A stretch of 61,196 nucleotides of DNA from Bacteroidota bacterium (GCA_030832905.1 JAURIG010000002.1:1-61196), one strand, 5' to 3'; shown: positions 18,201 to 26,724, counted from the stretch's first letter. The notes: generated by a model not told the origin, from the sequence alone. Translations and numbers: made by a program.

Positions 18201-18586
18201 TAAGAAGGGAAGTAGAAAGGCTACAAAAGCAATTAAAAGAGGAAGGAAATGGCTCTGCCTTGGGCGACTTAGATCAAACCAAAAAGTTAATGGAACAACA
18301 GGAAAAAGATTTGGTCAACAAACAACTCAGCCCTGAAACCATGCGTCGGGTTAAAGACATAGAATCAAGGTTGTTGGAGCATGAAAAAGCTGAACGCGAG
18401 AAAGACACAGATAATCAAAGAGAGGCAGAGCAAGCCGAAGCCATAGATAACCAAATGCCGCCAGCAATGAAAGCATATTTAGAAAAGAAGGCTAAAGAAA
18501 TGGAACTCATTAAAAGTGTTCCTGTGCAACTGAATCCATACTATAAAGACCGTGTAAGAGCTTATTTTAATCAATTAGGGATATGA
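15272..18586 (+). CDS. large membrane-anchored coiled-coil protein, DUF4175-like
   Basis: 1104 aa. It has three predicted TM helices in the first ~175 aa, a beta-rich middle part, a ~560-aa Q/K/E-rich heptad-like region and a basic KPG patch. The architecture matches what I recall for DUF4175 in Bacteroidota. The CDS itself is certain; the family assignment is tentative. Confidence 0.5.
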   Translation: MTANPLQSKLNEFIHKYYLNRGLRGLLLGLSILLAYFLLATVIEYFGHFNSGFRTVLFYLFVALLLWVIFKGVIDPYLRIKGLLKAISQEDAARMIGQHFPEIQDKLLNTLQLQAQDQSNELLLASIDQRIKALQPFVFVKVIDLPASIKRYGRLTLLPLVAIALLLVFQSHIITKSTERLLAHDQYFAKEAPYSFELLSSDLTILKHQDFEIKVELKGKSLPALLYVVIDGHLIKMEQLGLATYSYKLLNVTAPHDFEFSDGEFSSERYHLQVMPNPTVQSFEVVLDYPSYTLKTDEALKNIGDLTLPKGTKVSWRINAVDAEGIKWFGFGPAKQLNVQNNQIVHTETVLKSTQYTWLLTNAQSQSKDSVHYQIQVIEDRHPGIVAEQTQDSINPFLYYFYGKADDDYGLSNLYFVYQSKSQPIKQYLPVKMGHSSDEIFYYFFDFKTLKSKLDTDLDNYEYYFEVWDNDAVNGKKSSKSKVFTMSTPSQEELRADAENGHKALKKSIQNTLQELKNQQKQSAELQKELSENQQLNWQQEQKLKAFIEQQKQLEKQIEAIKKEQKQLNDKQNQLSPLDQELLDKQKALEKLMNEVLSPEMKQMLKKLEDLIKQQNKDAIQQELNKMNQANEDLKKQLDRNLEQFKQFELEKRMNEHVDALKQLSEQQKALQQKTADKTADKSALAEEQKKINDAFESLKLEIQKTMEKNQNLESPLPLDATQKDQESIQNELKESAEGIDKKQNKKASQHQQSAADQMDQLAQKMKKNIEQSKEQQDAEDYYTLRQLLENLIELSQEQEALMDQIKSLAGYSPKFVELSAKQRQLKDIAESVEDSLITLSKRQVQIKSVVTKEMSQINYNMDEAIAQFAKVQIPLGLAKQQYVMTGFNNLAVMLSESLKRMQEDMKQKQSKSDKQCQKPGQKPGKPGDKGKPKMGGIKSLQDQINQQMQQMQKAQQQGQQPGSEQFAKIAAQQEALRREVERLQKQLKEEGNGSALGDLDQTKKLMEQQEKDLVNKQLSPETMRRVKDIESRLLEHEKAEREKDTDNQREAEQAEAIDNQMPPAMKAYLEKKAKEMELIKSVPVQLNPYYKDRVRAYFNQLGI

Positions 18587-19266
18587 ACTCTGCTCAGTAC
18601 ATATTGTGTTTAGAAACCTCTGCCGCTCAATGTTCTGTAGCCCTTTCGCATTCGAAAGGCGATATAGTATTAGAGGGTACAAGCGATAACAACCATGCCG
18701 AAGCCTTAATGCCTATGATTGAGCAAATCATACAGCAAGCTGAAATAGATATCAAATCCATACAAGCAATAGCCATTAGTGCAGGCCCAGGTTCATACAC
18801 TGGTTTGCGCATAGGAGCGAGCACTGCTAAAGGACTCTGCTTCGGTTTGAATATTCCGCTCATTGCCATTAACACACTCGAGGCTTTAGCGTATGCAGCC
18901 ATAGAGTCAACGGATGGAAAATACGACATGTATTGGCCAATGATTGATGCGCGTCGAATGGAAGTATATGAGGCCCTTTACAACAGCAATTTAAGTCTAC
19001 AAAGGCCCATGAATAATTTAATTCTAACAGAGCCGATGGACTTAAATGCTCTTATGGATAAAAGGGTTTTGATTTGCGGTGATGCGGCTGTTAAAGCTCA
19101 AACACTTTTGCCCTTTGATGCCAATACAAATATCAAACAACATGCGCGTTATTTATTGCCATTGAGCAAGCTGTATTTTGAGCGTTCTCAATTTGTAGAT
19201 CTAACAACATTCGAACCTGATTACTTGAAGTTCGCCAATATCACCGCCTCCAAAAAACGTTTCTAA
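18583..19266 (+). CDS. tsaB: tRNA N6-threonylcarbamoyladenosine biosynthesis protein TsaB
   Basis: YeaZ/TsaB features: LCLETS, ISAGPGSYTGLRIG. ATGA overlap with the upstream gene. Confidence 0.85.
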   Translation: MNSAQYILCLETSAAQCSVALSHSKGDIVLEGTSDNNHAEALMPMIEQIIQQAEIDIKSIQAIAISAGPGSYTGLRIGASTAKGLCFGLNIPLIAINTLEALAYAAIESTDGKYDMYWPMIDARRMEVYEALYNSNLSLQRPMNNLILTEPMDLNALMDKRVLICGDAAVKAQTLLPFDANTNIKQHARYLLPLSKLYFERSQFVDLTTFEPDYLKFANITASKKRF

Positions 19267-19278
19267 AGGACAAAAAAA

Positions 19279-19300
19279 AACCCTCCGCAAGCGAAGGGTT
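19279..19300. terminator. bidirectional intrinsic terminator between convergent tsaB and the OmpA-like gene
   Basis: AACCCTCCGCAAGCGAAGGGTT hairpin (9 paired positions, one mismatch), flanked by an A-run upstream and TTTTG downstream. Confidence 0.55.
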
Positions 19301-19320
19301 TTGAAAGTTTAATATTAAGA

Positions 19321-20802
19321 TTATTGAATCTTTAATTCAATTGTGTTTCTGCTTTCAGTACCAGCGTTGTAGTTGGTAATGATTCTGTCTCTAGAGATAC
19401 CAAATTTCTCAATTAAGAATTTGATCATTTCGTCCATGCAACGGGTGTTGGTAGAAGCGTTGTATTTAGAGCTCTTACCACCTGGGCCATTCATGACTAA
19501 CTTCTTATCAGGACATTGTTTCATTTTATCAACCACTTGGTACAATAGAGCTTTAACTTCTTTAGTTAAGCAATTAGCGCTGATACTTACAGGAGGGAAA
19601 GTAACATTGTCGCAATTGCAACACATTTTAATTTCGATACCGTTAGCGTCAACTAATGCACCAGGAGCAGAATTTAATTCTCTGTCTTTGTGGTCAGAAA
19701 TGCCATCACCATCGCTATCAACTGCAACACCAGTTACTGGGTCTACAGTAGCACCTTTGTCTGTGAATGGTTCTTTATCTTGGCAATCTGGAACGCCGTC
19801 CATATCTGTATCAACCGCCATACCGTTACCATACACCATACAAGAGTCTGGCGTGTTGTTGTCTTGGTCAAAGCAGTTAGTTACATGGTCTTTGTCATCG
19901 TCAACACCTAGGCAATCTGTTTTCTTTTTAACATCAGCCATTTGTTCGTAGATAGAAGCAACAGGGCTTAACCAATCGTAGTGCTGAGGGTTCTTAGAAC
20001 CAAATTTGTATCCAATGCTTGCACGCAAGTATGAGTATGAATCAAAAGATCTGTTGTCAAATACTTGAGCATTGAAAAGATCTAAATCATCTGTTCTTAA
20101 ATAGGTGTGTCTGTATTCAATCCCTAAATCAAAGTTCTTGTTTAAGTAATGTTTCAAACCAAAACCGAATACACCATTCATCTTTTTAGCTTGGAAATTT
20201 TCTGTAGTAGCTTTACCTAAATTTGGATTTGGGCTTGGTGAAGGTACGTTCGGGTTTAATGAAGCTCTTTGATCGATAAAGTTCGAAGTCGTGTTAAAGC
20301 TTGTTTGACCGATACCAGCTGAGAAATACATTTGAGTTTTACGCAATGGGCGTAAGAAGGAAATATTACCCAATGTAGCTTGAGCCACTAAAGCCCAATC
20401 ATTCACTTTGCTTGTGAAAGTGTAGTAATCTTTGTAGTTGGTTGGAGATTGAAAATCTCTTTGTCCTTTTAAGTTTGAAAAGTTGTACTCAGCTCTAAGC
20501 GCAAAAGTTTGAGAGATTGAGTATTTAAAGAAAGGGGCAATGTTTGAACCTGTTTGAATTTTGTCTGCATCACCAAACATAAAAGCTGTACCGAACATTA
20601 ATCCGGCTGTAAATTTTTTAGCTCTTCTGTCTTGGAAGTAGGCAGCTTGCAAACCTTGTCCTGAATCGGTGGTTTTACCATAAGCCCATTTAGACTTAGC
20701 TGTAGGGTGATTTTTCCAAGTTGAATCTGCAGTGTTGGCAGCTTGAGAAACAAAACTTAATCCGCACAAAACAGATAATAAAGTCAATTTAAAGATTTTC
20801 AT
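19321..20802 (-). CDS. outer-membrane protein: beta-barrel + thrombospondin type-3 repeats + OmpA-like C-terminal domain
   Basis: Signal peptide, then an aromatic-rich alternating N-terminal half ending in Y/F strands. DTDMDGVPDCQD and DSDGDGISDHKD are TSP3-type Ca-binding repeats. The C-terminal ~100 aa has an OmpA_C-like layout. Confidence 0.6.
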   Translation of the reverse strand: MKIFKLTLLSVLCGLSFVSQAANTADSTWKNHPTAKSKWAYGKTTDSGQGLQAAYFQDRRAKKFTAGLMFGTAFMFGDADKIQTGSNIAPFFKYSISQTFALRAEYNFSNLKGQRDFQSPTNYKDYYTFTSKVNDWALVAQATLGNISFLRPLRKTQMYFSAGIGQTSFNTTSNFIDQRASLNPNVPSPSPNPNLGKATTENFQAKKMNGVFGFGLKHYLNKNFDLGIEYRHTYLRTDDLDLFNAQVFDNRSFDSYSYLRASIGYKFGSKNPQHYDWLSPVASIYEQMADVKKKTDCLGVDDDKDHVTNCFDQDNNTPDSCMVYGNGMAVDTDMDGVPDCQDKEPFTDKGATVDPVTGVAVDSDGDGISDHKDRELNSAPGALVDANGIEIKMCCNCDNVTFPPVSISANCLTKEVKALLYQVVDKMKQCPDKKLVMNGPGGKSSKYNASTNTRCMDEMIKFLIEKFGISRDRIITNYNAGTESRNTIELKIQ

Positions 20803-20829
20803 TACTAATGATTTAGTTTAATTGTACCG

Positions 20830-20837
20830 CAAAAGTA
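20830..20837 (-). promoter_or_regulatory. Bacteroidota -7 promoter box (TACTTTTG), 27 nt upstream of ATG 20802
   Basis: Exact TAnnTTTG on the minus strand (forward CAAAAGTA). Confidence 0.4.
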
Positions 20838-20926
20838 AGCATTATTAAGGCAAAAAACAATAGAAACCAAAGTTAATTGATTGTAAAGCTTTTTTTGAAG
20901 ACGTTATGTGTTTGATAAACAGCGTA

Positions 20927-22510
20927 TTATGCGCTAAATAAGTAGGCATTATTCGGGGTTAATTCACTCTCTTTTAAAGCCAAAATCGCTGAAATTGAAT
21001 AGTTTAGCATAAATTCCAAAACAGATAAATACCGCTCTTGAGGCGCCTTAGAATTGAAATATTTTTGTTGAAGATCTTGTAATTTTTTTAAATCAGAATC
21101 GATGCGTTTATCCATTTCTATTTGAATGGCTTGTTCAATATTTTGGAGTTGTTTGTCGTATTGCTTACCCAAATCAACCAATTCTTTAAGTCCTTGAACA
21201 CTGTATTTTGTGACTTGGTTTTGAGCCTCTTTTTTGAGTGCTTCAAACTGATTTTTAAGAGGAGTCAGTGGATTTTCTACACCACCTAGTTTGAGTTTTA
21301 GGCTGTCTATAGGGCTGTTTTGAATCAGTTCTAAGGGGTCGATTTGTCTTTGATCAAGCCAGTCCAAAGTTTTGATTGGGCAGAACCAAATACTGGGTCT
21401 TAACATTAAACTGGGCGCTTCAATCTTATTGAGTTTAAACAAGCCTGATAATTGAATCCAGTAATGGATTTCAGCATTGCCACCCAGATAGACCACATTG
21501 GGCAGAATGCACTCTTGGTAAAGCGGTCTTAAAACAGCATTAGGACTAAAGCGCTCAGGATGTTGCTCGATTTCATTGGTCATTTCAGAGGCTGTCCAAT
21601 GTTTAGATTGATCTGAAGTGCTATAGCCATCATTTGTTTTTTCAATGCGTTCACGACTTTGTTCCTGTAAATAAAAACAATTGATTGCTCGAGCGTGCAA
21701 TTGTTTGCTGAAACCTAAATCCAAAAGGGATTCTGTGGTAGTATTGAAAACGACCTCGTTTTTTTGATCAAGGATATCGGTTTTAAATAACTCAATGGCC
21801 TGGGTTTTTAAGCTGGCCTGATCAGCATCTAAACACAATAAACCATCGTGTTCAAATACATGTAGGATGCATTTAAAAGTGGCTTCAGATAAGGTTTTTG
21901 ATTGGCTATAAATGGTTTTAAAGGCTTTAATCCAATGTGTTTGTTGATCACTTAATTGATACGTATCTAAAAGTGTTTGGTACAATGCATCTATGCCTTC
22001 AACAGAAAGTCTACCGCTTGCCCCTTTTTGCTGGGTGGTCCATGTATGGGTTTTGCCAAATAAACTGGTATGCCTTATTTCCTCAATGTCGTGGTCTTCA
22101 GAAGCCATCCAATACAAGGGCACAAAACGTTTGTCAGGATATTGATTTTGGAGGGATTTGCACAGGTGAATGGTGGCGATGATTTTGTATAAAACAAAGA
22201 CTGGCCCTATGCCAATATGCAATTGTTGACCGCTTGTGACTGTAAATGTATTAGGGTCATTGAGGGTTTCGATAAGGGCTTTATGTTCGGCCTTGAAAGA
22301 AGTGCCCAAGTACTTGCTGTATTGAGCTTTTAACACATTGACTAATACAGCTCTTTTATTGGAATCAAAGTTTTGTTTGTTGGCGATGGCTTTCTCTACA
22401 GAGAAGTAGGCATGGTCATACCCTATTAAGGCCTTGAGCTTATCATTTTGTTCAACAAAAGCTTGGGTACAAGCCGATAAAATCCCTGTATCAATTAAAG
22501 CACTTTTCAT
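20927..22510 (-). CDS. bshC: bacillithiol biosynthesis cysteine-adding enzyme BshC
   Basis: 527 aa with YWMASEDHD, a C-terminal coiled coil, and a size and layout typical of BshC. Confidence 0.7.
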   Translation of the reverse strand: MKSALIDTGILSACTQAFVEQNDKLKALIGYDHAYFSVEKAIANKQNFDSNKRAVLVNVLKAQYSKYLGTSFKAEHKALIETLNDPNTFTVTSGQQLHIGIGPVFVLYKIIATIHLCKSLQNQYPDKRFVPLYWMASEDHDIEEIRHTSLFGKTHTWTTQQKGASGRLSVEGIDALYQTLLDTYQLSDQQTHWIKAFKTIYSQSKTLSEATFKCILHVFEHDGLLCLDADQASLKTQAIELFKTDILDQKNEVVFNTTTESLLDLGFSKQLHARAINCFYLQEQSRERIEKTNDGYSTSDQSKHWTASEMTNEIEQHPERFSPNAVLRPLYQECILPNVVYLGGNAEIHYWIQLSGLFKLNKIEAPSLMLRPSIWFCPIKTLDWLDQRQIDPLELIQNSPIDSLKLKLGGVENPLTPLKNQFEALKKEAQNQVTKYSVQGLKELVDLGKQYDKQLQNIEQAIQIEMDKRIDSDLKKLQDLQQKYFNSKAPQERYLSVLEFMLNYSISAILALKESELTPNNAYLFSA

Positions 22511-23820
22511 GGAGCTAAGTGGCCAAATAAATCAAATGATTCAGCACTGTCTATTACAATATTAGCAAAATCGCCAATACGAACAAATTGATCTTGCGCT
22601 TTCACTAAGACTTCATTATCCACTTCAGGTGAATCAGCTTCTGTTCTGCCAACAAAGTATTCGCCTTCTTTTCGATCAAAAAGGACTTTGAGGGTTTGTC
22701 CGATTTTTTTCTGATTTTTCTTAAAAGAAATTTCTTCTTGAAGTGCCATCAACGCTTCGGCTCTTTGTTGTTTAACTTCAGCAGGAATATTGTCTTCAAG
22801 GGTATAGGCATGGGTGTTTTCTTCATGAGAATAAGTGAAAACCCCTAAGCGGTCAAATTCAAAGTCTTGAATGAATTGTTTAACGGCCTCAAAATCTTCC
22901 TCTGTTTCGCCCGGATGACCAACCAAAATGGTGGTTCTTAAACTGATGCCAGGCACTTGTTCTTTTATGGTGTTTAATAACTCATAGGTTTTGCGACGAG
23001 TTATACCGCGGCGCATGGCTTTTAATACATTGTCAGAAATGTGCTGAACAGGCATATCAAGGTATTTGCAAATATTGGCTTTGCTGGCCATTACTGGTAA
23101 AATATCTTCAGGGAATTGAGAAGGGTAGGCGTAATGTAAGCGAATCCATTCCAAGCCTTTTACTTCAGACAAGGCTTCCAACAAGTCTTTCAATTTGCGT
23201 TCGCCATATAAATCAATGCCATAGTAAGTGCTTTCTTGAGCAATGAGCATGATTTCTTTTGTACCATGTTTGACTAAGTTCTCAGCTTCAAGAACAATTT
23301 GTTCAATGGGTTTGCTCACGTGGCCACCGCGCATTAATGGAATAGCACAGAAGGCGCATGGTCTATTACAACCCTCGCTGATTTTTAAATAGGCATAATG
23401 CGTAGGCGTTGTGGTTAATCGTTCGCCAATTAATTCATGTTTGTAGTCTGCCCCTAAAGTTTTTAATAAATTAGGCAATTCTAAAGTGCCAAAAAAAGCA
23501 TCCACTTGCGGGATTTCATTTTCTAGTTCATCTTTGTAACGGTGCGATAAACATCCAGTCACATATACTTTATCAATACGTCCAGCTTCTTTTTCATCAA
23601 CATAAGCCAGAATGGTATCAATGCTTTCTTGTTTGGCATTATCTATAAACCCACAAGTATTGATGACTACAATATTGGCATCGTTCTTTTGGGATTCATG
23701 AGTGGCTTCAATAGCATTGCCTTTCAGCTGACTCAATAACACCTCACTGTCTACTAAATTCTTGCTGCAACCTAGAGTTACAATGTTGATTTTGTTGGGT
23801 TTAAGGGTTTTTGTTTTCAT
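22507..23820 (-). CDS. rimO: ribosomal protein S12 methylthiotransferase RimO
   Basis: MTTase N-domain (VTLGCSKNLVDSE), radical-SAM CNRPCAFC and a C-terminal TRAM domain. 4-nt overlap with bshC. Confidence 0.9.
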   Translation of the reverse strand: MKTKTLKPNKINIVTLGCSKNLVDSEVLLSQLKGNAIEATHESQKNDANIVVINTCGFIDNAKQESIDTILAYVDEKEAGRIDKVYVTGCLSHRYKDELENEIPQVDAFFGTLELPNLLKTLGADYKHELIGERLTTTPTHYAYLKISEGCNRPCAFCAIPLMRGGHVSKPIEQIVLEAENLVKHGTKEIMLIAQESTYYGIDLYGERKLKDLLEALSEVKGLEWIRLHYAYPSQFPEDILPVMASKANICKYLDMPVQHISDNVLKAMRRGITRRKTYELLNTIKEQVPGISLRTTILVGHPGETEEDFEAVKQFIQDFEFDRLGVFTYSHEENTHAYTLEDNIPAEVKQQRAEALMALQEEISFKKNQKKIGQTLKVLFDRKEGEYFVGRTEADSPEVDNEVLVKAQDQFVRIGDFANIVIDSAESFDLFGHLAP

Positions 23821-23825
23821 GAAAT

Positions 23826-24791
23826 TTACACCTCAAAAAGTGAATTGACAAAGGCTTTTGGTTCAAATATCTGAATGTCTTCAATGCCTTCACCTACGCC
23901 AATATAACGCACTGGAATTTTAAATTGATCACTCACGCCAAGCACCACACCGCCTTTGGCTGTGCCGTCTAATTTAGTTAAGGCTAATGAACTGACCTCA
24001 GTGGCTGCGGTAAAATGTTTAGCTTGTTCAAAAGCATTTTGACCAGTTGAAGCATCTAATACCAACATCACATCATTCGGGGCTGACTCAATTACTTTGG
24101 CCATAACCCTTTTGATTTTACTCAACTCATTCATGAGGTTGATTTTATTGTGCAAACGGCCTGCCGTATCAATAATAACGATATCGAAGCCTTCGTTTTT
24201 GGCTTTCTCAAGAGCTTCATAGGCTACAGCAGACGGATCGGCTTGCATGCCTTTGGAGAAAAAACTACAATTAACCCTTTGGCTCCATATCTCTAATTGA
24301 TCAACAGCACCTGCTCTAAAGGTATCGCCAGCCGCCAATAATACTTTCTGACCATGTTTTACAAATTGATTGGCCAATTTGCCAATCGTAGTGGTTTTGC
24401 CTACACCGTTTACACCTACCACCATTAGTACATAAGGTTTTTTCTGACCCTCTAAGTCAAAAGTAATATCCTCAGTGGTTTTATTCTCTGTCAGTAAGGT
24501 TGTGATTTCGTCTCTTAACAGGGTGTGAAGTTCATTGGCATTAATGTATTTGTCGCGTTTAACACGGGCTTCAATTCTGTCAATGATTTTAAAAGTGGTT
24601 TGAGTGCCAACGTCGCTGCTGATTAGGATTTCCTCAAGCTCATCTAAGAACGCTTCGTCAACAGTTGATTTGCCGGCCAAGGCCTTGCCTAATTTTTCGA
24701 AAAAAGAGGTCTTAGTTTTTTCAATGCCTGAAGATGGAGTCGTTGGGCTCTCTTGAGTTTTATTCTTTTTAAAAAAATCAAAAATCGACAT
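23826..24791 (-). CDS. ftsY: signal recognition particle receptor FtsY
   Basis: SRP GTPase motifs GVNGVGKTTT, DTAGR and TKLDG. Confidence 0.9.
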   Translation of the reverse strand: MSIFDFFKKNKTQESPTTPSSGIEKTKTSFFEKLGKALAGKSTVDEAFLDELEEILISSDVGTQTTFKIIDRIEARVKRDKYINANELHTLLRDEITTLLTENKTTEDITFDLEGQKKPYVLMVVGVNGVGKTTTIGKLANQFVKHGQKVLLAAGDTFRAGAVDQLEIWSQRVNCSFFSKGMQADPSAVAYEALEKAKNEGFDIVIIDTAGRLHNKINLMNELSKIKRVMAKVIESAPNDVMLVLDASTGQNAFEQAKHFTAATEVSSLALTKLDGTAKGGVVLGVSDQFKIPVRYIGVGEGIEDIQIFEPKAFVNSLFEV

Positions 24792-24813
24792 GCTTGTGGC
24801 TTATGAATAAAAA

Positions 24814-24833
24814 AGCCCCCGTTTCCGGAGGCT
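24814..24833 (-). terminator. intrinsic terminator after the rpmB-rpmG-DUF4295 operon
   Basis: AGCCTCCGGAAACGGGGGCT hairpin on the minus strand (7 paired positions plus one mismatch, 4-nt loop), followed by TTTTTATT. Confidence 0.5.
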
Positions 24834-24853
24834 AACTTTTATATATGTTTTAA

Positions 24854-25003
24854 TTATTTAAAATAGGTCTTAGCCTCTTCTCCACTGATGATCTCTTCTT
24901 TAAAAGAGTATGCACCGTTTTTAGATTTGATGGCTTTAAACACTTTTACGAAGTCTTTACCTTCACCTTCTTTTTTTAATGTTGCAACTACCTTCTTTGC
25001 CAT
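24854..25003 (-). CDS. DUF4295 family small protein
   Basis: 49-aa ORF absent from the ORF track because it is below the size cut-off: MAKKVVATLKKEGEGKDFVKVFKAIKSKNGAYSFKEEIISGEEAKTYFK. Its position directly after rpmG is the conserved Bacteroidota arrangement. Confidence 0.7.
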   Translation of the reverse strand: MAKKVVATLKKEGEGKDFVKVFKAIKSKNGAYSFKEEIISGEEAKTYFK

Positions 25004-25010
25004 AATTCAA

Positions 25011-25193
25011 TTATTTAATTTCTTTGTGTAAAGTTACCTTCTTCATGAATGGGTTGTATTTTTTCAACTCGATTCTTTCAGTCGTGTTCTTTTTGTTTTT
25101 GGTGGTGATGTATCTGCTCATGCCAGGAACATTGGTGTTCTTTTGTTCAGTACATTCCAAAATAACTTGTATGCGGTTACCTTTCTTTGCCAT
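25011..25193 (-). CDS. rpmG: 50S ribosomal protein L33
   Basis: [16 protein letters not shown]...[17 protein letters not shown]. Confidence 0.9.
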   Translation of the reverse strand: MAKKGNRIQVILECTEQKNTNVPGMSRYITTKNKKNTTERIELKKYNPFMKKVTLHKEIK

Positions 25194-25195
25194 GA

Positions 25196-25429
25196 TTATA
25201 TACTTCCTTTTTTGAATACTCTGTTAATTGCTTCAGTGATACCAATTTTGTTAATGGTTCTGATAGCTGAAGTTGATACCCTTAAGGTGATCCATTCACC
25301 TGTTTCTGGGATATAGAAACGCTTATCTTGAAGATTCGCGTGGAATCTACGTTTAGTTTTTCTATTACTGTGAGAAACATTGTTTCCTACCAGCGCTTTT
25401 TTTCCTGTAAGATCACAAACTCTTGACAT
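25196..25429 (-). CDS. rpmB: 50S ribosomal protein L28
   Basis: [34 protein letters not shown]. Start taken at ATG 25429; the track's upstream extension is rejected. Confidence 0.9.
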   Translation of the reverse strand: MSRVCDLTGKKALVGNNVSHSNRKTKRRFHANLQDKRFYIPETGEWITLRVSTSAIRTINKIGITEAINRVFKKGSI

Positions 25430-25448
25430 GATTCTAAAATTGGGAGTG

Positions 25449-25456
25449 CAAAGGTA
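25449..25456 (-). promoter_or_regulatory. Bacteroidota -7 promoter box (TACCTTTG), 19 nt upstream of the rpmB ATG
   Basis: Exact TAnnTTTG on the minus strand (forward CAAAGGTA). Confidence 0.45.
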
Positions 25457-25525
25457 GGGGCAAAGGGCCTTAAAATCCAAATGTTTTTCAAAAAAAATAC
25501 AAAAACCCAATAAAATGTAGCTTCT

Positions 25526-26689
25526 TCACGGATAGAGCAAGTAAGCTTTTCGCATGGTATTGTAGGTTTTTAGCTCATTTTGCCAACTGTTTCTTATGGA
25601 TTCTGCTGTTTGCCCGGCAATGATTTCTTGCCTGAGTTTTGAGGTCCCCGCTAATTTGTCTATAAAATCATTGAAAAAGGCCGGTTTGTTTTTACTCAAC
25701 TGGTAGGACATGATCAACCAATCTAAGTTGATTCTACTGGCAGGATAGGCTTTGTTAAAGCCATAATCCGTTAAATCAAAGCCAGTACAAGGCAGCCCTT
25801 GGAATTTTGGTTTTTCAGCCACACCTGGAATGCTTACAGGTGTAAATTGCCAATTGCCCCAGTCCATTGCCGGCGAACCAAAACACTGATAGGGTTTATT
25901 GGTGCCTTGGCCAATACTCATTACCGTGCCCTCAAACAGCCCTAAAGAGGGGTATAAATAAATGGCACTTTGAGTTTGGAGATTGGGCGAAGGTTTAATC
26001 GGCAAAACATAGGGTGTTTGATGGGTGTAGTTCGCACAAGGAATGACTTTTAAGTCGCATACTTTGCCGCCCTTTAACCAGCCCTGACCATTGATCATTT
26101 TGGCCAATTCACCCACAGTGCAACCATGCACCAATGGGATAGGGTGCATGCCTACAAAACTGCGGAATAAAGTGTCTAATACCGGTCCATCCACATAGTG
26201 TCCATTAGGGTTAGGTCTGTCTAAAACCATCACTGGAATATGGTTTTCAGCGCCAGCCTCCATTATGTAATGCATTGTGCTGATATAGGTGTAGAATCTG
26301 ACCCCTACATCCTGAATATCAAATACAATGAGGTCTATATTGTTTAAATCGGCTGCTGTTGGTTTTTTATGCGAACCGTATAAAGAGATGATTTTTAAAC
26401 CTGTTTTTTCATCCACGCCATTCTGAACGGTAGTGCCAGCACTTGCATGCCCTCTAAAGCCGTGTTCAGGCGCAAACAAAACGCCAATGTTCACTTTTAA
26501 ACGCAGGAGAGAATCAACTAAATGTGTAGAGCCAATGGTGCTGGTCTGATTGACGACTAATGCTATGCGTTTGTTCTGTAATTCAGGTAAATACAACTGA
26601 CTGCGTTCTGCCCCAGTTTGAATTTGGGCATTGGCCATAAAAGCGCCAAATAATAAGCATAAAAAAAAGCAGTATACCTTTTGGGGCAT
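25526..26689 (-). CDS. DUF1343 family protein (exo-beta-N-acetylmuramidase NamZ-like), secreted
   Basis: FAPEHGFRG and the ~390-aa layout match DUF1343. Signal peptide MPQKVYCFFLCLLFGAFMANA|QIQ from ATG 26689. Confidence 0.7.
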   Translation of the reverse strand: MPQKVYCFFLCLLFGAFMANAQIQTGAERSQLYLPELQNKRIALVVNQTSTIGSTHLVDSLLRLKVNIGVLFAPEHGFRGHASAGTTVQNGVDEKTGLKIISLYGSHKKPTAADLNNIDLIVFDIQDVGVRFYTYISTMHYIMEAGAENHIPVMVLDRPNPNGHYVDGPVLDTLFRSFVGMHPIPLVHGCTVGELAKMINGQGWLKGGKVCDLKVIPCANYTHQTPYVLPIKPSPNLQTQSAIYLYPSLGLFEGTVMSIGQGTNKPYQCFGSPAMDWGNWQFTPVSIPGVAEKPKFQGLPCTGFDLTDYGFNKAYPASRINLDWLIMSYQLSKNKPAFFNDFIDKLAGTSKLRQEIIAGQTAESIRNSWQNELKTYNTMRKAYLLYP

Positions 26690-26724
26690 ACTGCAATGAT
26701 AATGATTTTTTAGGAGTCTAAGCA

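Noticed and set aside
16736-18430. Repetitive-looking CAA/AAA/GAA-rich DNA that could be mistaken for a tandem repeat or CRISPR-like array.
   Set aside because: It is codon-level low complexity (Gln/Lys/Glu) inside one continuous reading frame. There are no fixed-length direct repeats separated by unique spacers.
19373-19951. A 192-aa plus-strand ORF (and a nested 73-aa ORF) antisense to the OmpA-like gene.
   Set aside because: The product is a low-complexity Ser/Thr/Leu-rich mirror translation of the acidic TSP3-repeat region. It has no start context or promoter box and is fully contained in a well-supported gene.
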